NCBI GenBank assembly: GCA_000635015.1
Contig: JFMR01000114.1
Coordinates: forward strand, 10,164 to 74,163
DNA: 64,000 nucleotides
Source of the DNA: Prochlorococcus sp. scB243_498I20
Lineage (GTDB): Bacteria; Cyanobacteriota; Cyanobacteriia; PCC-6307; Cyanobiaceae
Reading direction: 5' to 3'
Below, piece by piece: positions 20,203-32,333 of the stretch. Position 1 is the stretch's first letter. Each line of letters starts with the position of its first letter. Under the pieces are notes generated by a model. That model was not told where the DNA came from. It did no database searches and saw only the letters and a list, made by a program, of their open reading frames with translations. The position numbers and the translations under genes were made by a program.

Positions 20203-20742
20203 ATGATAAATAAAAATGAATGGTTAACTGTTGGATTAATTACATCATGTCATGGAATTAATGGACAGGTAAAGGTTAAATCTCTTAGTGATTTTGAAGA
20301 AAGATTTTTAAAACCTGGAATGAGATGGTTACAAAAAGAAAATGAACCTCCTTCAAAAATAGAACTTATATCAGGTTTCAAACAGCCTGGTAAAGAAACC
20401 TTTATAGTAAAGCTTCAAGGAATAAATACAAGAAATCATGCAGAGCAACTGAAAAAATTCAAAATTCTTGTAAAAACCGATACACTACCCATGTTAAATA
20501 AGGGAGAATTCCACTTATTGGAACTTGTAAATTTAGAGGTCAAGAGTTTAAAAAATGATGAATTAAAAACAATTGGAAAAGTTATCAATTTAGAAAATGA
20601 GAAAAATAATTTACTAGTTATTGAACTATTTAAAAATCAAAAAAAAGTTCTCATACCATTTGTTAAGGAAATAGTTCCATTAGTAGATATAAAAAATAAT
20701 TTTCTAATAATCAATCCTCCAAAAGGACTTTTAGAGCTATAA
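20203..20742 (+). CDS. rimM: Ribosome maturation factor RimM
   Basis: [31 protein letters not shown]. Confidence 0.93.
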   Translation: MINKNEWLTVGLITSCHGINGQVKVKSLSDFEERFLKPGMRWLQKENEPPSKIELISGFKQPGKETFIVKLQGINTRNHAEQLKKFKILVKTDTLPMLNKGEFHLLELVNLEVKSLKNDELKTIGKVINLENEKNNLLVIELFKNQKKVLIPFVKEIVPLVDIKNNFLIINPPKGLLEL

Positions 20743-20773
20743 ATTTAAAAAATAAAAATTTTCAAGAAAATCA

Positions 20774-22669
20774 TCATTCTACAGTTACACTTTTAGCTAA
20801 ATTTCTTGGTTGATCCACGTCAAGACCTCTATGAGCTGCAATGTGGTAACTCAATAATTGTAAAGGCACTATATTAAGTAAAGGTGAAATCCATACATTA
20901 GATGTCGGAACTTCCATTAAATAATCAAAAATTTCAGTACCATTACATTTGGGAGCAATTCCAATCAAATATGAATCTCTGGCTTTTGCTTCTTGAGCAT
21001 TACTGATCACTTTATCAAAAACTTCACTAGGAGAGGCAATAGAAATTACAGGTACTTTTTTGTCTAATAAAGCTATTGGTCCATGTTTCATCTCACCAGC
21101 TGGATATCCAGCCGCATGAATGTAACTAATTTCTTTGAGTTTTAAAGCTCCTTCAAGAGCAATAGGATAGTTTATTCCTCTTCCTAAAAATATGACATCT
21201 TTAATATTAAAAAAATCATGTGCAAGCTTTTCTGAAGATTTATTATGTTGTTCTAAAAGATCTTCTATTAATGGAGGCAGTTTTATAAGTTCAGTTGTTA
21301 AATTTCTTATCTCATCTGAGCTTTGACTACCTTTAATTTCCGCAAATTTTATAGCTAATCCGTAAAAAGAAAGTAATTGAGCAAAAAAAGTTTTTGTTGC
21401 TGCAACTCCTACTTCTATTCCTGCGCAGAGATCAATAATATTTGAAACCTGCCTTCCTATCGAGCTCTCTTTTCTGTTTGTAATTGCAATAAGGTTAGGT
21501 TTAAAACTTTTATCTTCAATCGAAGAACGTCTTTTTATTTCCATATCAATAGCTGCAATTGTATCAGCTGTTTCTCCAGATTGAGTGACTCCAATAGTTA
21601 ATGTGTTTGGAAGCAAAGGAGGTGGTGAATATCGAAATTCACTTGCATAAAAGACATTAGTGGGGAGACCCGAAAATTGTTCTAACAAAAAGCTGCCCAC
21701 CATTGCAGCATGTTTACTGGTACCACACGCAATAATTTCGATTCTTTCTATTGATTCAAAAAACTTAGTATCAAAAGTGTAATTAATTCGATACTGACCA
21801 TCTTCTAAGTTTTGAATTAAATAATTATCCAACCAGTTTTTTACGGTCTGTGGCTGATCAAATATCTCTTTTAACATGTAATGTTTAAAATTCATCTTAT
21901 CCATTATTTGCTCTGAGACTTTTAATGAAACTGGATTTCGATATTGCCTCTCATTGTTTATGTCATAGATTTCTATGCCAAGAGGAGTCAATAAAGCTAT
22001 TTCTTCATCTTCCATAGGCAAAATAATATTTGTAAAATTCGCAATAGCTGGTGTATCACTTGCGCAGATAAATTCGCCTTCACCCAAACCAATAATCAAA
22101 GGTGCTTGTCTTCTTGCAACTACCAAAGAGGTTGGAGCATCGGCACATAAAACTGCTAAGGCATAAGATCCTTCCAGATCAGAAATTACATTTCTTACTG
22201 CAACTAATAATGTTGAGCCATTATTCTCAAGATTCAGTTTACTTAACGTATTTAATTCCCTTTTAATCAGATGAGGAATTACCTCGGTATCTGTATCAGA
22301 ATTAAAAATGATACCCTCTTCCTCTAATTTATTTTTTAAGTCTTGGAAATTTTCAATAATGCCATTTTGTACAACTGCTATAGTTCCTGAACCATCAATA
22401 TGAGGATGAGCATTTTTTAACTCGGGTTTTCCATGTGTTGCCCATCTTGTATGACCTATTCCCACAGTTCCTGGAATATTCTCATCGTTTAGATTATTAA
22501 TTAAATTGTGAAGCTTTCCCTCTGCTTTATTACAAGTAATAGAATTTGTTTCAGGATTGATTACTGCAATGCCCGCGGAATCATATCCTCTATATTCAAG
22601 TTTTTCTAAGCCATTTATCAATAATGGTAACGCCTTTTTATAACCTGTTACAGCAACTATTCCACACAT
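20774..22669 (-). CDS. glmS: Glutamine-fructose-6-phosphate aminotransferase
   Basis: MCGIV, LEYRGYDSAG, GHTRWATHG, QSGETAD, PRNLAKSVTVE. Confidence 0.98.
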   Translation of the reverse strand: MCGIVAVTGYKKALPLLINGLEKLEYRGYDSAGIAVINPETNSITCNKAEGKLHNLINNLNDENIPGTVGIGHTRWATHGKPELKNAHPHIDGSGTIAVVQNGIIENFQDLKNKLEEEGIIFNSDTDTEVIPHLIKRELNTLSKLNLENNGSTLLVAVRNVISDLEGSYALAVLCADAPTSLVVARRQAPLIIGLGEGEFICASDTPAIANFTNIILPMEDEEIALLTPLGIEIYDINNERQYRNPVSLKVSEQIMDKMNFKHYMLKEIFDQPQTVKNWLDNYLIQNLEDGQYRINYTFDTKFFESIERIEIIACGTSKHAAMVGSFLLEQFSGLPTNVFYASEFRYSPPPLLPNTLTIGVTQSGETADTIAAIDMEIKRRSSIEDKSFKPNLIAITNRKESSIGRQVSNIIDLCAGIEVGVAATKTFFAQLLSFYGLAIKFAEIKGSQSSDEIRNLTTELIKLPPLIEDLLEQHNKSSEKLAHDFFNIKDVIFLGRGINYPIALEGALKLKEISYIHAAGYPAGEMKHGPIALLDKKVPVISIASPSEVFDKVISNAQEAKARDSYLIGIAPKCNGTEIFDYLMEVPTSNVWISPLLNIVPLQLLSYHIAAHRGLDVDQPRNLAKSVTVE

Positions 22670-22751
22670 GCGAAAATTTTTTTTTCAATTATATTTGAAA
22701 AAAAATAAATATTATAAAAACATGGACTCTCTTAAAACTGCACTATGCAAG

Positions 22752-23030
<279 letters not shown>

Positions 23031-23129
23031 CTATTGTCTTACAAAGAAATTAAAAAAATTAAGATATGCTTCACTCTTGTTAACTCTAGGGCATAAAATC
23101 ATATAGATAATTAGTAATTTCCATAAACT

Positions 23130-23369
23130 ATGTCACAAGAAATCCTCGAAAAAGTCTGTTCAATTGTTTCAGAACAATTAAGCGTTGAAGCAGGAGAAGT
23201 AAAATCAGATTCAAATTTCCAAAATGATTTAGGTGCAGATTCTCTAGATACCGTTGAACTCGTGATGGCTTTAGAAGAAGCATTTGATATTGAAATTCCC
23301 GATGAGGCAGCTGAAGGAATAGCAACTGTTGGTGATGCAGTAAAATTCATCGAAGAAAAAAAAGGTTGA
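23130..23369 (+). CDS. acpP: Acyl carrier protein
   Basis: [20 protein letters not shown]. Confidence 0.98.
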   Translation: MSQEILEKVCSIVSEQLSVEAGEVKSDSNFQNDLGADSLDTVELVMALEEAFDIEIPDEAAEGIATVGDAVKFIEEKKG

Positions 23370-23375
23370 TAAAGA

Positions 23376-24620
23376 ATGCCAAATTTCCATCGAGTAGTTA
23401 TTACTGGTATTGGAGCAGTAACTCCAATTGGTAATAACATTGATGAATATTTAGTTGGTCTTCAAACCGGTACTAATGGGGTCTCAGATATTACTCTCTT
23501 TGATCCTGAACAACATCCCTGCAAATTCGCTGCAGAAGTAAAAAATCTTCAATCTGAGAATTTTATTGAAGCTAAAGAATCCAAAAGATGGGATCGTTTT
23601 TCCCAGTTTGGAGTTATTGCTGCAAAGCAAGCTTTTAATGATTCTGGACTTGAAATTACTGAAGCTAATGCATCAAGAATTGGAGTGATTATTGGATCTG
23701 GTGTTGGAGGCTTACTAACTATGGAAAGTCAAGCTCAAATATTGAGTCATAAAGGACCTAAAAGAGTAAGTCCATTTACAGTCCCAATGATGATTCCAAA
23801 CATGGCGACTGGATTAGCTGCCATCGCTTTAGGCGCAAAAGGACCAAGTTCATCTGTTTCAACTGCTTGCGCTGCTGGTTCAAATGCAATTGGTGATTCT
23901 TTTAGATTACTCCAACTCGGAAAGGCAGATGCAATGATCTGTGGAGGAGCAGAAGCAAGTATTACCCCTCTTGGAGTAGCTGGTTTTGCCAGTGCCAAAG
24001 CTCTTTCTTTCAGAAATGACAGTCCTCAAACTGCTAGCAGACCTTTTGATGCAGAAAGAGATGGATTTGTTATTGGAGAGGGATCTGGAATTCTTGTTTT
24101 AGAGACTCTAGAAAATGCACAAAAAAGGAATGCGAGAATTTATGCAGAAATAATTGGATATGGAACGACATGTGATGCTCATCATATTACTGCTCCATCT
24201 CCAGGGGGGGTTGGTGGCGCCGAAGCCATCAAATTAGCAATTGAAGATGCTTGTCTTAGCCTTGAAAAAGTTAATTACATAAATGCTCATGGGACAAGTA
24301 CATCAGCTAATGACAAAAATGAAACATCTGCAATTAAATCTATTTTTAGAGACAGATCTTACCTCATTCCTGTAAGCTCTACTAAGTCGATGACTGGTCA
24401 TCTCCTAGGAGGCTCAGGAGGTATAGAAGCTGTAGCTTGTATACTTTCTTTGACACATAATTTTATCCCTCCTACAATTAACTACATCAATCCAGATCCT
24501 GAATGTGATCTTGATTATGTACCAAATAATGCGAGAGAAGCTCAAGTAGGAGTTGCTCTTTCTAATTCTTTCGGATTTGGTGGTCACAATGTTTGCCTTG
24601 CTTTCAGCAAAATGAATTAA
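23376..24620 (+). CDS. fabF: 3-oxoacyl-ACP synthase II
   Basis: STACAAG, YINAHGTST, GHLLGGSG, SNSFGFGGHN. Confidence 0.97.
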   Translation: MPNFHRVVITGIGAVTPIGNNIDEYLVGLQTGTNGVSDITLFDPEQHPCKFAAEVKNLQSENFIEAKESKRWDRFSQFGVIAAKQAFNDSGLEITEANASRIGVIIGSGVGGLLTMESQAQILSHKGPKRVSPFTVPMMIPNMATGLAAIALGAKGPSSSVSTACAAGSNAIGDSFRLLQLGKADAMICGGAEASITPLGVAGFASAKALSFRNDSPQTASRPFDAERDGFVIGEGSGILVLETLENAQKRNARIYAEIIGYGTTCDAHHITAPSPGGVGGAEAIKLAIEDACLSLEKVNYINAHGTSTSANDKNETSAIKSIFRDRSYLIPVSSTKSMTGHLLGGSGGIEAVACILSLTHNFIPPTINYINPDPECDLDYVPNNAREAQVGVALSNSFGFGGHNVCLAFSKMN

Positions 24621-24664
24621 AGACTACCAATTCTGTATTTCCAACTTAACTTAATTTTAAAACA

Positions 24665-26671
24665 ATGGTCGCTGCATCTGTTTCATTAGAATCACTTTGT
24701 GTAAATAGTATAAGAATGCTTGCTGTAGATGCAGTAAATAAATCTAATAGTGGACATCCTGGATTGCCAATGGGGTGTGCTCCAATGGGTTATGCATTAT
24801 GGCAAAACATTCTTAATCACAACCCCAATAACCCAAAATGGTTTAATAGAGACCGTTTTGTATTGTCAGCTGGTCATGGCTGTATGCTCTTATATTCTTT
24901 GCTTCATCTGACAGGATACAAATCAGTCTCTATAGAAGATATTAAAGAATTTAGACAATGGGGGTCCAAAACCCCTGGGCATCCTGAAACATTCGAAACT
25001 GAAGGTGTTGAAGTTACAGCTGGTCCTCTTGGAGCTGGAATTTCAAATGCGGTTGGTTTAGCAATAGCTGAAACTCACTTAGCAGCTAAATTTAATAAAC
25101 CTGATTTCAATATAGTTGATCACTATACTTATGTAATAATGGGTGACGGCTGCAATCAAGAGGGTATCGCATCAGAGGCCTGCTCATTAGCTGGTCACCT
25201 TAAGCTTGGAAAATTAATTGCACTTTATGATGATAATCAAATTACAATAGATGGGCGAACAGACGTTTCTTTCACCGAAGATGTTTTAAAAAGATACGAA
25301 GCTTATGGATGGCATGTACAACATGTTGAAGATGGAAATCATGACGTTAAAGGAATAACTGAAGCTATCGAAAAAGCAAAATTAATTACAGACAAACCTT
25401 CAATCATAAAAATTTCTACGACCATAGGTTATGGTTCTCCAAATAAATCAGATACTGCTGGAATTCATGGAGCAGCTGTTGGAGAGGAAGAAGCTGCACT
25501 AACTAGAGAGTTTCTCAATTGGGAATATCCTCCATTTGAAATACCAGATGAAGTATATGCGCATTTTCGACAATCAATAAACAAAGGCGAAAACTTAGAG
25601 AAAGAATGGGATTCTAAATTTAAAGAGTATCAAAAAAATTATCCCTCTGAAGGAGCCGAGTTAAACAGAATGTTAAAAGGCAAATTACCTGAGAATTGGG
25701 ACTCAGATCTCCCTTCCTATACACCTGATGACAAAGGATTAGCCACAAGAAAGCATTCACAAATATGTTTAGGTGCTTTAGGACCTAACCTGCCTGAATT
25801 AATTGGTGGATCCGCAGATTTAACTCACTCAAACTACACAGATATTAAGGGGGAAACAGGGTCATTCCAGCCTCATAGTCCTGAAAAAAGATATTTACAC
25901 TTTGGTGTACGAGAGCATGCAATGGCAGCCGTACTTAATGGGATTGCCTATCACAATAGTGGTCTTATTCCTTATGGTGGGACCTTCCTTGTTTTCGCAG
26001 ATTATATGAGAGGTTCAATGAGGCTTTCGGCACTCAGCGAACTAGGAGTGATCTATGTATTAACTCATGATTCAATTGGTGTAGGAGAAGACGGCCCAAC
26101 ACATCAACCTATTGAAACTATCCCTTCTCTTCGTGCCATGCCCAACATGTTAGTTTTCAGACCGGGAGATGGAAATGAGACAAGTGGAGCTTATAAGCTT
26201 GCTATTCAAAATCGAAAAAGACCTTCAGCCCTTTGTTTAAGTAGACAAGGTATGCCAAATCAAGAAAATACTTCGATAGACAAAGTTGCCTTAGGTGGAT
26301 ATGTGGTTTCCGATTGCGAAGGAAAACCAGATCTAATATTTATTGGTACTGGAAGCGAACTGAATCTTTGCATTGAAGCAAGCAAAGAAATTTCAAGCTT
26401 AGGTAAAAAAATCAGAGTTGTTTCTATGCCTTGTGTAGAACTTTTCGAAGAACAAGAAGAATCTTACAAAGAAAGTGTTTTACCTAGTAGTGTGAAAAAG
26501 CGAGTTGTAGTTGAGGCTGCCCATTCATTTGGTTGGCATAAATATACAGGTTTTGATGGGATTTGTATTACTATGGATAGGTTTGGTGCTTCAGCACCAG
26601 GTGGAGAATGTATGAAAAATTTTGGATTTACGGTCGAAAACGTTGTTAATAAAACGAAGGAAATTCTATAA
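24665..26671 (+). CDS. tktA: Transketolase
   Basis: [43 protein letters not shown]. Confidence 0.97.
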   Translation: MVAASVSLESLCVNSIRMLAVDAVNKSNSGHPGLPMGCAPMGYALWQNILNHNPNNPKWFNRDRFVLSAGHGCMLLYSLLHLTGYKSVSIEDIKEFRQWGSKTPGHPETFETEGVEVTAGPLGAGISNAVGLAIAETHLAAKFNKPDFNIVDHYTYVIMGDGCNQEGIASEACSLAGHLKLGKLIALYDDNQITIDGRTDVSFTEDVLKRYEAYGWHVQHVEDGNHDVKGITEAIEKAKLITDKPSIIKISTTIGYGSPNKSDTAGIHGAAVGEEEAALTREFLNWEYPPFEIPDEVYAHFRQSINKGENLEKEWDSKFKEYQKNYPSEGAELNRMLKGKLPENWDSDLPSYTPDDKGLATRKHSQICLGALGPNLPELIGGSADLTHSNYTDIKGETGSFQPHSPEKRYLHFGVREHAMAAVLNGIAYHNSGLIPYGGTFLVFADYMRGSMRLSALSELGVIYVLTHDSIGVGEDGPTHQPIETIPSLRAMPNMLVFRPGDGNETSGAYKLAIQNRKRPSALCLSRQGMPNQENTSIDKVALGGYVVSDCEGKPDLIFIGTGSELNLCIEASKEISSLGKKIRVVSMPCVELFEEQEESYKESVLPSSVKKRVVVEAAHSFGWHKYTGFDGICITMDRFGASAPGGECMKNFGFTVENVVNKTKEIL

Positions 26672-26685
26672 CTAATGATTGATAA

Positions 26686-28056
26686 CTAAACTGAAGTATT
26701 ACATTCTTCAAGTTTATCTTTTAACAGATCAAGAGATTCATCTGAAATCTTTGAATTCATTGGACAATGTTTTGGGCCACACATTGAACAAAACTCGGCT
26801 TTTTTAAAGATTTCTTCAGGTAATGTCTCATCATGGTACTGTTTTGCCCTTTCGGGATCTAATGAAAGTTGGAATTGTTTATTCCAATCAAAGTTATATC
26901 TGGCATGACTAAGTTCATCATCTCGATCACGAGCTCCAGCCCTATGTCTTGCTATATCAGCAGCGTGAGCAGCTATTTTATAAGCAATTAATCCTTCTCG
27001 TACATCTTCTGCATTTGGAAGACCTAGATGTTCTTTTGGGGTTACATAACATAACATAGAAGTTCCATACCACCCTGCCATCGCTGCCCCAATAGCACTT
27101 GATATATGGTCATAACCAGGGGAAATATCTGTTACTAATGGACCAAGTACATAGAAAGGAGCTTCTGAACATTCTTCCATTTGCTTTCTCACATTGAACT
27201 CAATTTGGTCCATAGGTACATGACCAGGGCCCTCAACCATAACTTGAACATTATGTTCCCATGCTCTTCGAGTAAGCTCGCCTAAGGTCTTCAATTCAGC
27301 CAGCTGAGCATCATCAGAAGCATCATGTAAACATCCAGGCCTTAGCGAATCTCCAAGAGAAAAAGTGCAATCATATTTCTTAAAAATCTCACAGATATCA
27401 TCAAACCTTGTATAGAGCGGATTTTGCTTAAAATGATGTAACATCCATTGGGCTAAAATACCTCCCCCTCTACTTACAATTCCAGTAATTCTTCCTTTAA
27501 CTTTTGGCAAATGCTCTATTAATAGGCCAGCATGAATAGTTTGATAATCTACGCCCTGCTGACAATGTTTTTCAATAATATGAAGAAAATCGTCTTCTGT
27601 TAGCCTATCTATTGAACCATGTACACTTTCTAAAGCTTGATAAACAGGAACAGTTCCTATAGGAACAGGAGATTCTTGAATAATTGCTTGCCGAACTTCA
27701 TCTAAATTTACTCCTCCAGTAGAAAGATCCATAACCGTATCAGCACCATATTTAACAGCTAGTTTGAGCTTTTCTACCTCTTCATTGATATCACTTGCAT
27801 TAGGAGAAGCACCAATATTGGCATTGACCTTGCATCTAGAAGCAATACCTATAGACATTGGCTCAAGATTCAAATGATTAATATTTGCTGGAATAATTAA
27901 TCTTCCTCTTGCCACCTCCTCCATTATTAAAGAAGGAGGTAAATTCTCTTTTTTAGCAACAAAATCCATTTCTTCAGTGATATGTCCGTTTCTCGCAAAG
28001 TTCATCTGTGTAACATTTTTTTCCCCAAGACGAGGCTTAATCCAAGAACTTCTCAT
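26686..28056 (-). CDS. thiC: Phosphomethylpyrimidine synthase
   Basis: [37 protein letters not shown]. Confidence 0.98.
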   Translation of the reverse strand: MRSSWIKPRLGEKNVTQMNFARNGHITEEMDFVAKKENLPPSLIMEEVARGRLIIPANINHLNLEPMSIGIASRCKVNANIGASPNASDINEEVEKLKLAVKYGADTVMDLSTGGVNLDEVRQAIIQESPVPIGTVPVYQALESVHGSIDRLTEDDFLHIIEKHCQQGVDYQTIHAGLLIEHLPKVKGRITGIVSRGGGILAQWMLHHFKQNPLYTRFDDICEIFKKYDCTFSLGDSLRPGCLHDASDDAQLAELKTLGELTRRAWEHNVQVMVEGPGHVPMDQIEFNVRKQMEECSEAPFYVLGPLVTDISPGYDHISSAIGAAMAGWYGTSMLCYVTPKEHLGLPNAEDVREGLIAYKIAAHAADIARHRAGARDRDDELSHARYNFDWNKQFQLSLDPERAKQYHDETLPEEIFKKAEFCSMCGPKHCPMNSKISDESLDLLKDKLEECNTSV

Positions 28057-28102
28057 AATTTCCTTATTTTTAAAAGTGTTATTACTAAAGTTTGATCAAA
28101 TC

Positions 28103-28186
28103 TCCACTTCCCTACATCAAAATTAATGATTTAGGTTCAAAGGGTATGATCTCAGCTAAGTTAAATTTCTTAGCACCCCTAGTATT
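28103..28186 (-). promoter_or_regulatory. TPP riboswitch
   Basis: Minus strand CTAGGGGTGC...GCTGAGATCATACCCTTTGAACCT...GTAGGGAAG directly upstream of thiC. Confidence 0.9.
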
Positions 28187-28253
28187 AATCTTATTAATAG
28201 CTCTTTTCTAAAAAATAGTCATCTCATATTGTGTGAAAATAAATAAAGTATTT

Positions 28254-28469
28254 TTATTTAACTTTTTGATAAGACTGTATTTTTTTTGTAATTTTTTTTC
28301 TATCCAATTTTCTGCTAATACCCCCCTCCAAAATAATTACAATCCCCATTAAGCCAATAGGTAAATAAAAAATCTTCTTAGAATTTTCCCTAAATATCAA
28401 TCCGATAGCAGATATGAGGATCATGAAAGGAGCCACAAAAGATAAAATAAATCTTTTATTAATTTTCAT
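28254..28469 (-). CDS. Small membrane protein (DUF3188-like)
   Basis: Two hydrophobic helices, basic tail; overlaps upstream stop by 4 nt. Confidence 0.7.
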   Translation of the reverse strand: MKINKRFILSFVAPFMILISAIGLIFRENSKKIFYLPIGLMGIVIILEGGISRKLDRKKITKKIQSYQKVK

Positions 28470-29650
28470 TCGCCAATTGTATTAATTTCTTTATTGTTTA
28501 ATTTTACAATGGATTCTGTTATCACTTTAATTCCAACTGCAATAGCTTTTTCATCTGGATCAAATTTAGAACTATGAAGAGGCGCACACCCATTTGAACT
28601 AGAAACTCCAAGTCTAAACATAGCTCCTGGAATATCATTTAAGAATTCAGCAAAATCCTCAGCTCCTAATGATGGTTTTTGTAATTCGATAACATTTTCT
28701 TGACCCAAAACCTTAACTCCCGAATCTCTGAGGACTTTATTAATTTCAGAATTATTATTAACAGCCGGAGTGATTTCTCTAAATATTACTTTTGCTTCAG
28801 CTCCGCAACTATTAGCTAAAGAAGTAATATTTTCATTGAGCCAATTACCTATAGTCGTAAATACTTTACGATTCGTGCATCTAACAGTACCAATTAAATT
28901 GACTTTTTCTGCAAGAACATTGAATGCATTGCCACCATTTATTTTCCCAAAAGTTATTACTACAGGATCTAAAGGGTCTAACTTACGTGTTATTGATTCT
29001 TGAATTCCTGAGATAACTTTTGAGGCCGCCCAAATAGCATCAACGCCTTCATGAGGTCGAGCACCATGGCCTGATTTTCCTTTAATCTCAATCTTAAGTT
29101 CTCCAGCAGCTGCAGTTAAGCTTCCCTCTTTAATGCCAATAGTCCCTACGGATAAATCAGGGTATACGTGAACTCCCAAAATATGAGTTAAACCATTAGT
29201 TGCACCATCCTTAATCATCCATCTAGCTCCACTCGCAATTTCTTCAGCGGGCTGAAAAATTATCCGAGTCCCAAAATTTAGTTTCAAATCCTTAATAATT
29301 TTAGCCACGCCCAGTCCAATCGAGATATGCAAATCGTGACCACAGGCATGCATAACACCATCTACTTTTGAAGAAAAACTTAATTTAGTTTCCTCAAATA
29401 TTGGCAAAGCATCCATATCCACTCTTAAGCCTATAATACCTTTATCCACGGGGCCGAAATCAGCTATTAATCCAGTCCTGCCTATAGATTCCCTAACATT
29501 CCAACCAATATTCTTTAAAAAACCACTGATCAAGATCGCTGTTTGATTTTCAAGTCCACTTAATTCTGGATGTGCATGGATATGTCTTCTTAAGTTAATT
29601 AATTCATCATTAAACGAATCAATTTTTTTATAAAATTGCTCTCTATTCAT
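28466..29650 (-). CDS. M20 family amidohydrolase
   Basis: HAHPELSG, RVDMDALP, MHACGHD, FQPAEE, GAEDF. Confidence 0.93.
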   Translation of the reverse strand: MNREQFYKKIDSFNDELINLRRHIHAHPELSGLENQTAILISGFLKNIGWNVRESIGRTGLIADFGPVDKGIIGLRVDMDALPIFEETKLSFSSKVDGVMHACGHDLHISIGLGVAKIIKDLKLNFGTRIIFQPAEEIASGARWMIKDGATNGLTHILGVHVYPDLSVGTIGIKEGSLTAAAGELKIEIKGKSGHGARPHEGVDAIWAASKVISGIQESITRKLDPLDPVVITFGKINGGNAFNVLAEKVNLIGTVRCTNRKVFTTIGNWLNENITSLANSCGAEAKVIFREITPAVNNNSEINKVLRDSGVKVLGQENVIELQKPSLGAEDFAEFLNDIPGAMFRLGVSSSNGCAPLHSSKFDPDEKAIAVGIKVITESIVKLNNKEINTIGE

Positions 29651-29653
29651 TAT

Positions 29654-30454
29654 TTATTTTAAATCGATAAAGTTCATTAAATCTTTAATTGGTTGTGGAG
29701 GCCATCTTCTTATTTTTTTTAACCATTCTTCATCACTATATCTAGGATCTAATTCAGTTACCGCTATCCAATTACTCTCTGCATTCCCAGATTCACCCTT
29801 AGACCAATTCAAAGCTGTTAAAGCTGCCCTCGCATCTGCAAAATTTGGATAACGTCTAATTAATTTTTTTAATTCTTTTTCAGATTCATCAATATTCCCC
29901 AACTGGAAATCTGCTAACGCCAAACTTGACCTAGCCATGGCAAATCCAGGATTATATAAAGCAGCTTTTGAAAATAAATCTCTTGCTTTATCCCAATGTG
30001 ATGTTGATCCTTCTACATTAGCCAAATTATATAATGCAGAGAAATTTTTACTATCTTGCGAAATAACGAACATATAATCTTTTTTCGCTTGTGACCATAA
30101 ACCCAATGCTTCCTCTGCTATCCCCCTGTTGATGTAAGGATCTATTTCACTAGGATTCAAACTTATTGCTTTATTTTGGTCATCTATTGATCCCTTCGCA
30201 TCTCCTATAACAAGTCTTATATTTCCTCTATTGCTAAAACCTGCAGCATCATTAGGATAAGAATCGAGATATTGATTCCATTCTTGTAAAGCGAGATTAA
30301 ATTTTCCGCCTGAACTTAAATTTAATGCATTTTTAAACAAATCCTCTCTCAAAGAAGATGAATAACATGGCGCAATATAAAAAATATTTAAAAAAATAAA
30401 AATAAATATAAAACAAACCTTAACTTTTTTAAAAGTTATCATTTTTTGCATCAA
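29654..30454 (-). CDS. TPR-repeat protein
   Basis: Repeated TPR helices (FSNRG, YINRG, LYNLA); start may be a few codons downstream. Confidence 0.88.
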   Translation of the reverse strand: MMQKMITFKKVKVCFIFIFIFLNIFYIAPCYSSSLREDLFKNALNLSSGGKFNLALQEWNQYLDSYPNDAAGFSNRGNIRLVIGDAKGSIDDQNKAISLNPSEIDPYINRGIAEEALGLWSQAKKDYMFVISQDSKNFSALYNLANVEGSTSHWDKARDLFSKAALYNPGFAMARSSLALADFQLGNIDESEKELKKLIRRYPNFADARAALTALNWSKGESGNAESNWIAVTELDPRYSDEEWLKKIRRWPPQPIKDLMNFIDLK

Positions 30455-31487
30455 TGTACTTTTTTCCTAAAGCAGTAAGCAATCTTCCACGAGGAGTTCT
30501 GGTGAGAAAACCAATTTTGATGAGATATGGCTCAACTACAAATTCTAACATTGAGGAATCATCACCCAAGCCCGCTGCAATTGAATCAAGGCCAATTGGA
30601 ATATTATTGTTTTGGTTAAGAAAAGATAAATAGTGTCTATCTAAAGAATCCAATCCTTTTTCGTCTATTTGGTAAGAATTTAAAGCTTTTTTTATTAAAT
30701 TCACTGAGATCCTATTAGTTTTCATGACAACTTGAGCGTAATCTCTAACTCGTCTTAATAATCTCAAAGCAATTCTTGGAGTCCCTCGAGATATTTTTGC
30801 TAAATCATAAGATGCTTCATCATCTAAATTGAGGTTTATGAAGTGAGAGAAATTAACAATAATTTGTTTTAATTCATCATATGTATAAAATTCAATTTTC
30901 TGAGATATACCAAATCTATCTCTTAGAGGTGCGCTTATTGAGGCTAATTTCGTTGTGGCGCCAATCAGAGTAAACCTAGGAAGATTAATTGTTCTGCAAC
31001 GTGCTCCTCTATTAGCTCCCATAGTTAAGTCGAGTCTAAAATCTTCCATTGCAGAATATAACAACTCTTCAGTTAACCTATTTAAGCGATGTATTTCATC
31101 TATAAATAAAACTTCACCTTCTTTTAATCCAAGAAGCAAGCCTACAATATCCCTTGGTCTTTCAATTGCTGGTGCAGTCGCTATTCTACATTTTGTGTTC
31201 AATTCATGGGCAATCAAAAAGGCAAGAGTAGTCTTACCTAGACCAGGCTGTCCATATAAAAGGGTATGCTCCAAAGGTTCTTTTCTAAAAATTGAAGCAT
31301 TTATAGCTATTCTTAAAGAAGATTTAAGTTGTTCTTGACCAATAAATTCATTAAAACTAAGAGGCCTTGCTAAGTTCAGATTATTATTTCTCTTTTCTTC
31401 TGGAATGATTTTTGAATCAACTAGCCTAAGCTCTTTTTTACGAAAAGAAAAGTCATTATCGCCTATATTGGATGAAATAATTGCCAT
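30429..31487 (-). CDS. ruvB: Holliday junction helicase RuvB
   Basis: LRP-like [40 protein letters not shown]. Confidence 0.97.
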   Translation of the reverse strand: MAIISSNIGDNDFSFRKKELRLVDSKIIPEEKRNNNLNLARPLSFNEFIGQEQLKSSLRIAINASIFRKEPLEHTLLYGQPGLGKTTLAFLIAHELNTKCRIATAPAIERPRDIVGLLLGLKEGEVLFIDEIHRLNRLTEELLYSAMEDFRLDLTMGANRGARCRTINLPRFTLIGATTKLASISAPLRDRFGISQKIEFYTYDELKQIIVNFSHFINLNLDDEASYDLAKISRGTPRIALRLLRRVRDYAQVVMKTNRISVNLIKKALNSYQIDEKGLDSLDRHYLSFLNQNNNIPIGLDSIAAGLGDDSSMLEFVVEPYLIKIGFLTRTPRGRLLTALGKKYIDAKNDNF

Positions 31488-31539
31488 AATAAAAGGTTAA
31501 TTGCAATTGTTCTGAGTAGAAAGATTTTTTACAACTAAA

Positions 31540-32034
31540 ATGGCAAAAAATTCAAACAAAGTTAAGAGAAATACTAATAAAGCAAATAATTTTAAACTTC
31601 TAGCTGAGAATAGATATGCAAAATTTCAATATGCAATATCTGAAACAATCGAAGCTGGAATTGAGCTTTTAGGTACTGAAGTAAAGTCCATTAGAAACGG
31701 AAAAGCAAATTTAAGAGATGGGTACTGTTCATTCAGGGATGGTGAGATCTTATTATTAAATGTTCACATTTCACCACATAAAAATGTGGGTTCTTTCTTT
31801 AATCATGATCCATTAAGAAATAGGAAGTTGCTACTGCATAAAAAAGAAATAATAAAAATGAAATCTAATACTGAAAAAAAAGGAATGACTATTGTTCCAT
31901 TATCTCTTTATTTAAAAGGCTCATGGATAAAACTAACTATTGGAGTTGGTAAAGGAAAAAAATTACATGACAAACGACAAGATGAAAAACAAAAAAGTAT
32001 CAAAAAAGAAATCAACGCAGCACTAAAAAGATAA
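31540..32034 (+). CDS. smpB: SsrA-binding protein
   Basis: EAGIELLGTEVKSIR, RKLLLHKKEI, GKGKKLHDKR. Confidence 0.97.
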   Translation: MAKNSNKVKRNTNKANNFKLLAENRYAKFQYAISETIEAGIELLGTEVKSIRNGKANLRDGYCSFRDGEILLLNVHISPHKNVGSFFNHDPLRNRKLLLHKKEIIKMKSNTEKKGMTIVPLSLYLKGSWIKLTIGVGKGKKLHDKRQDEKQKSIKKEINAALKR

Positions 32035-32058
32035 AATATATCAAGATTTCTTATACTA

Positions 32059-32304
32059 TCAATCTAAAGTTACAGAACTTGGAGGTGGAGAAGGATCTGG
32101 ATCTGCTATTAACATATGCTGTAATACTGTTTCAGGCCTCTCACTATCTCTCCAGCGAATTTTATATGCAGGCATTTTTGTACCTCTACTTGTAGTTTGC
32201 TCTACTGGTTCAATAACCCATCCTCTTCTTGATCGGCCTTGAGGATTTCTTTTTACTACTGCATCCGCGTGTTTGAAACGGAAACCAACACGTTCACCAC
32301 TCAT
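32059..32304 (-). CDS. Conserved hypothetical protein (SH3-like fold possible)
   Basis: 81-aa ORF co-oriented behind lysS. Confidence 0.7.
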   Translation of the reverse strand: MSGERVGFRFKHADAVVKRNPQGRSRRGWVIEPVEQTTSRGTKMPAYKIRWRDSERPETVLQHMLIADPDPSPPPSSVTLD

Positions 32305-32333
32305 TTAAAAAATTTCGTATTGGAATAATTTTT

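Noticed and set aside
28103-28186. TPP riboswitch before thiC
   Set aside because: Canonical, listed as a feature only
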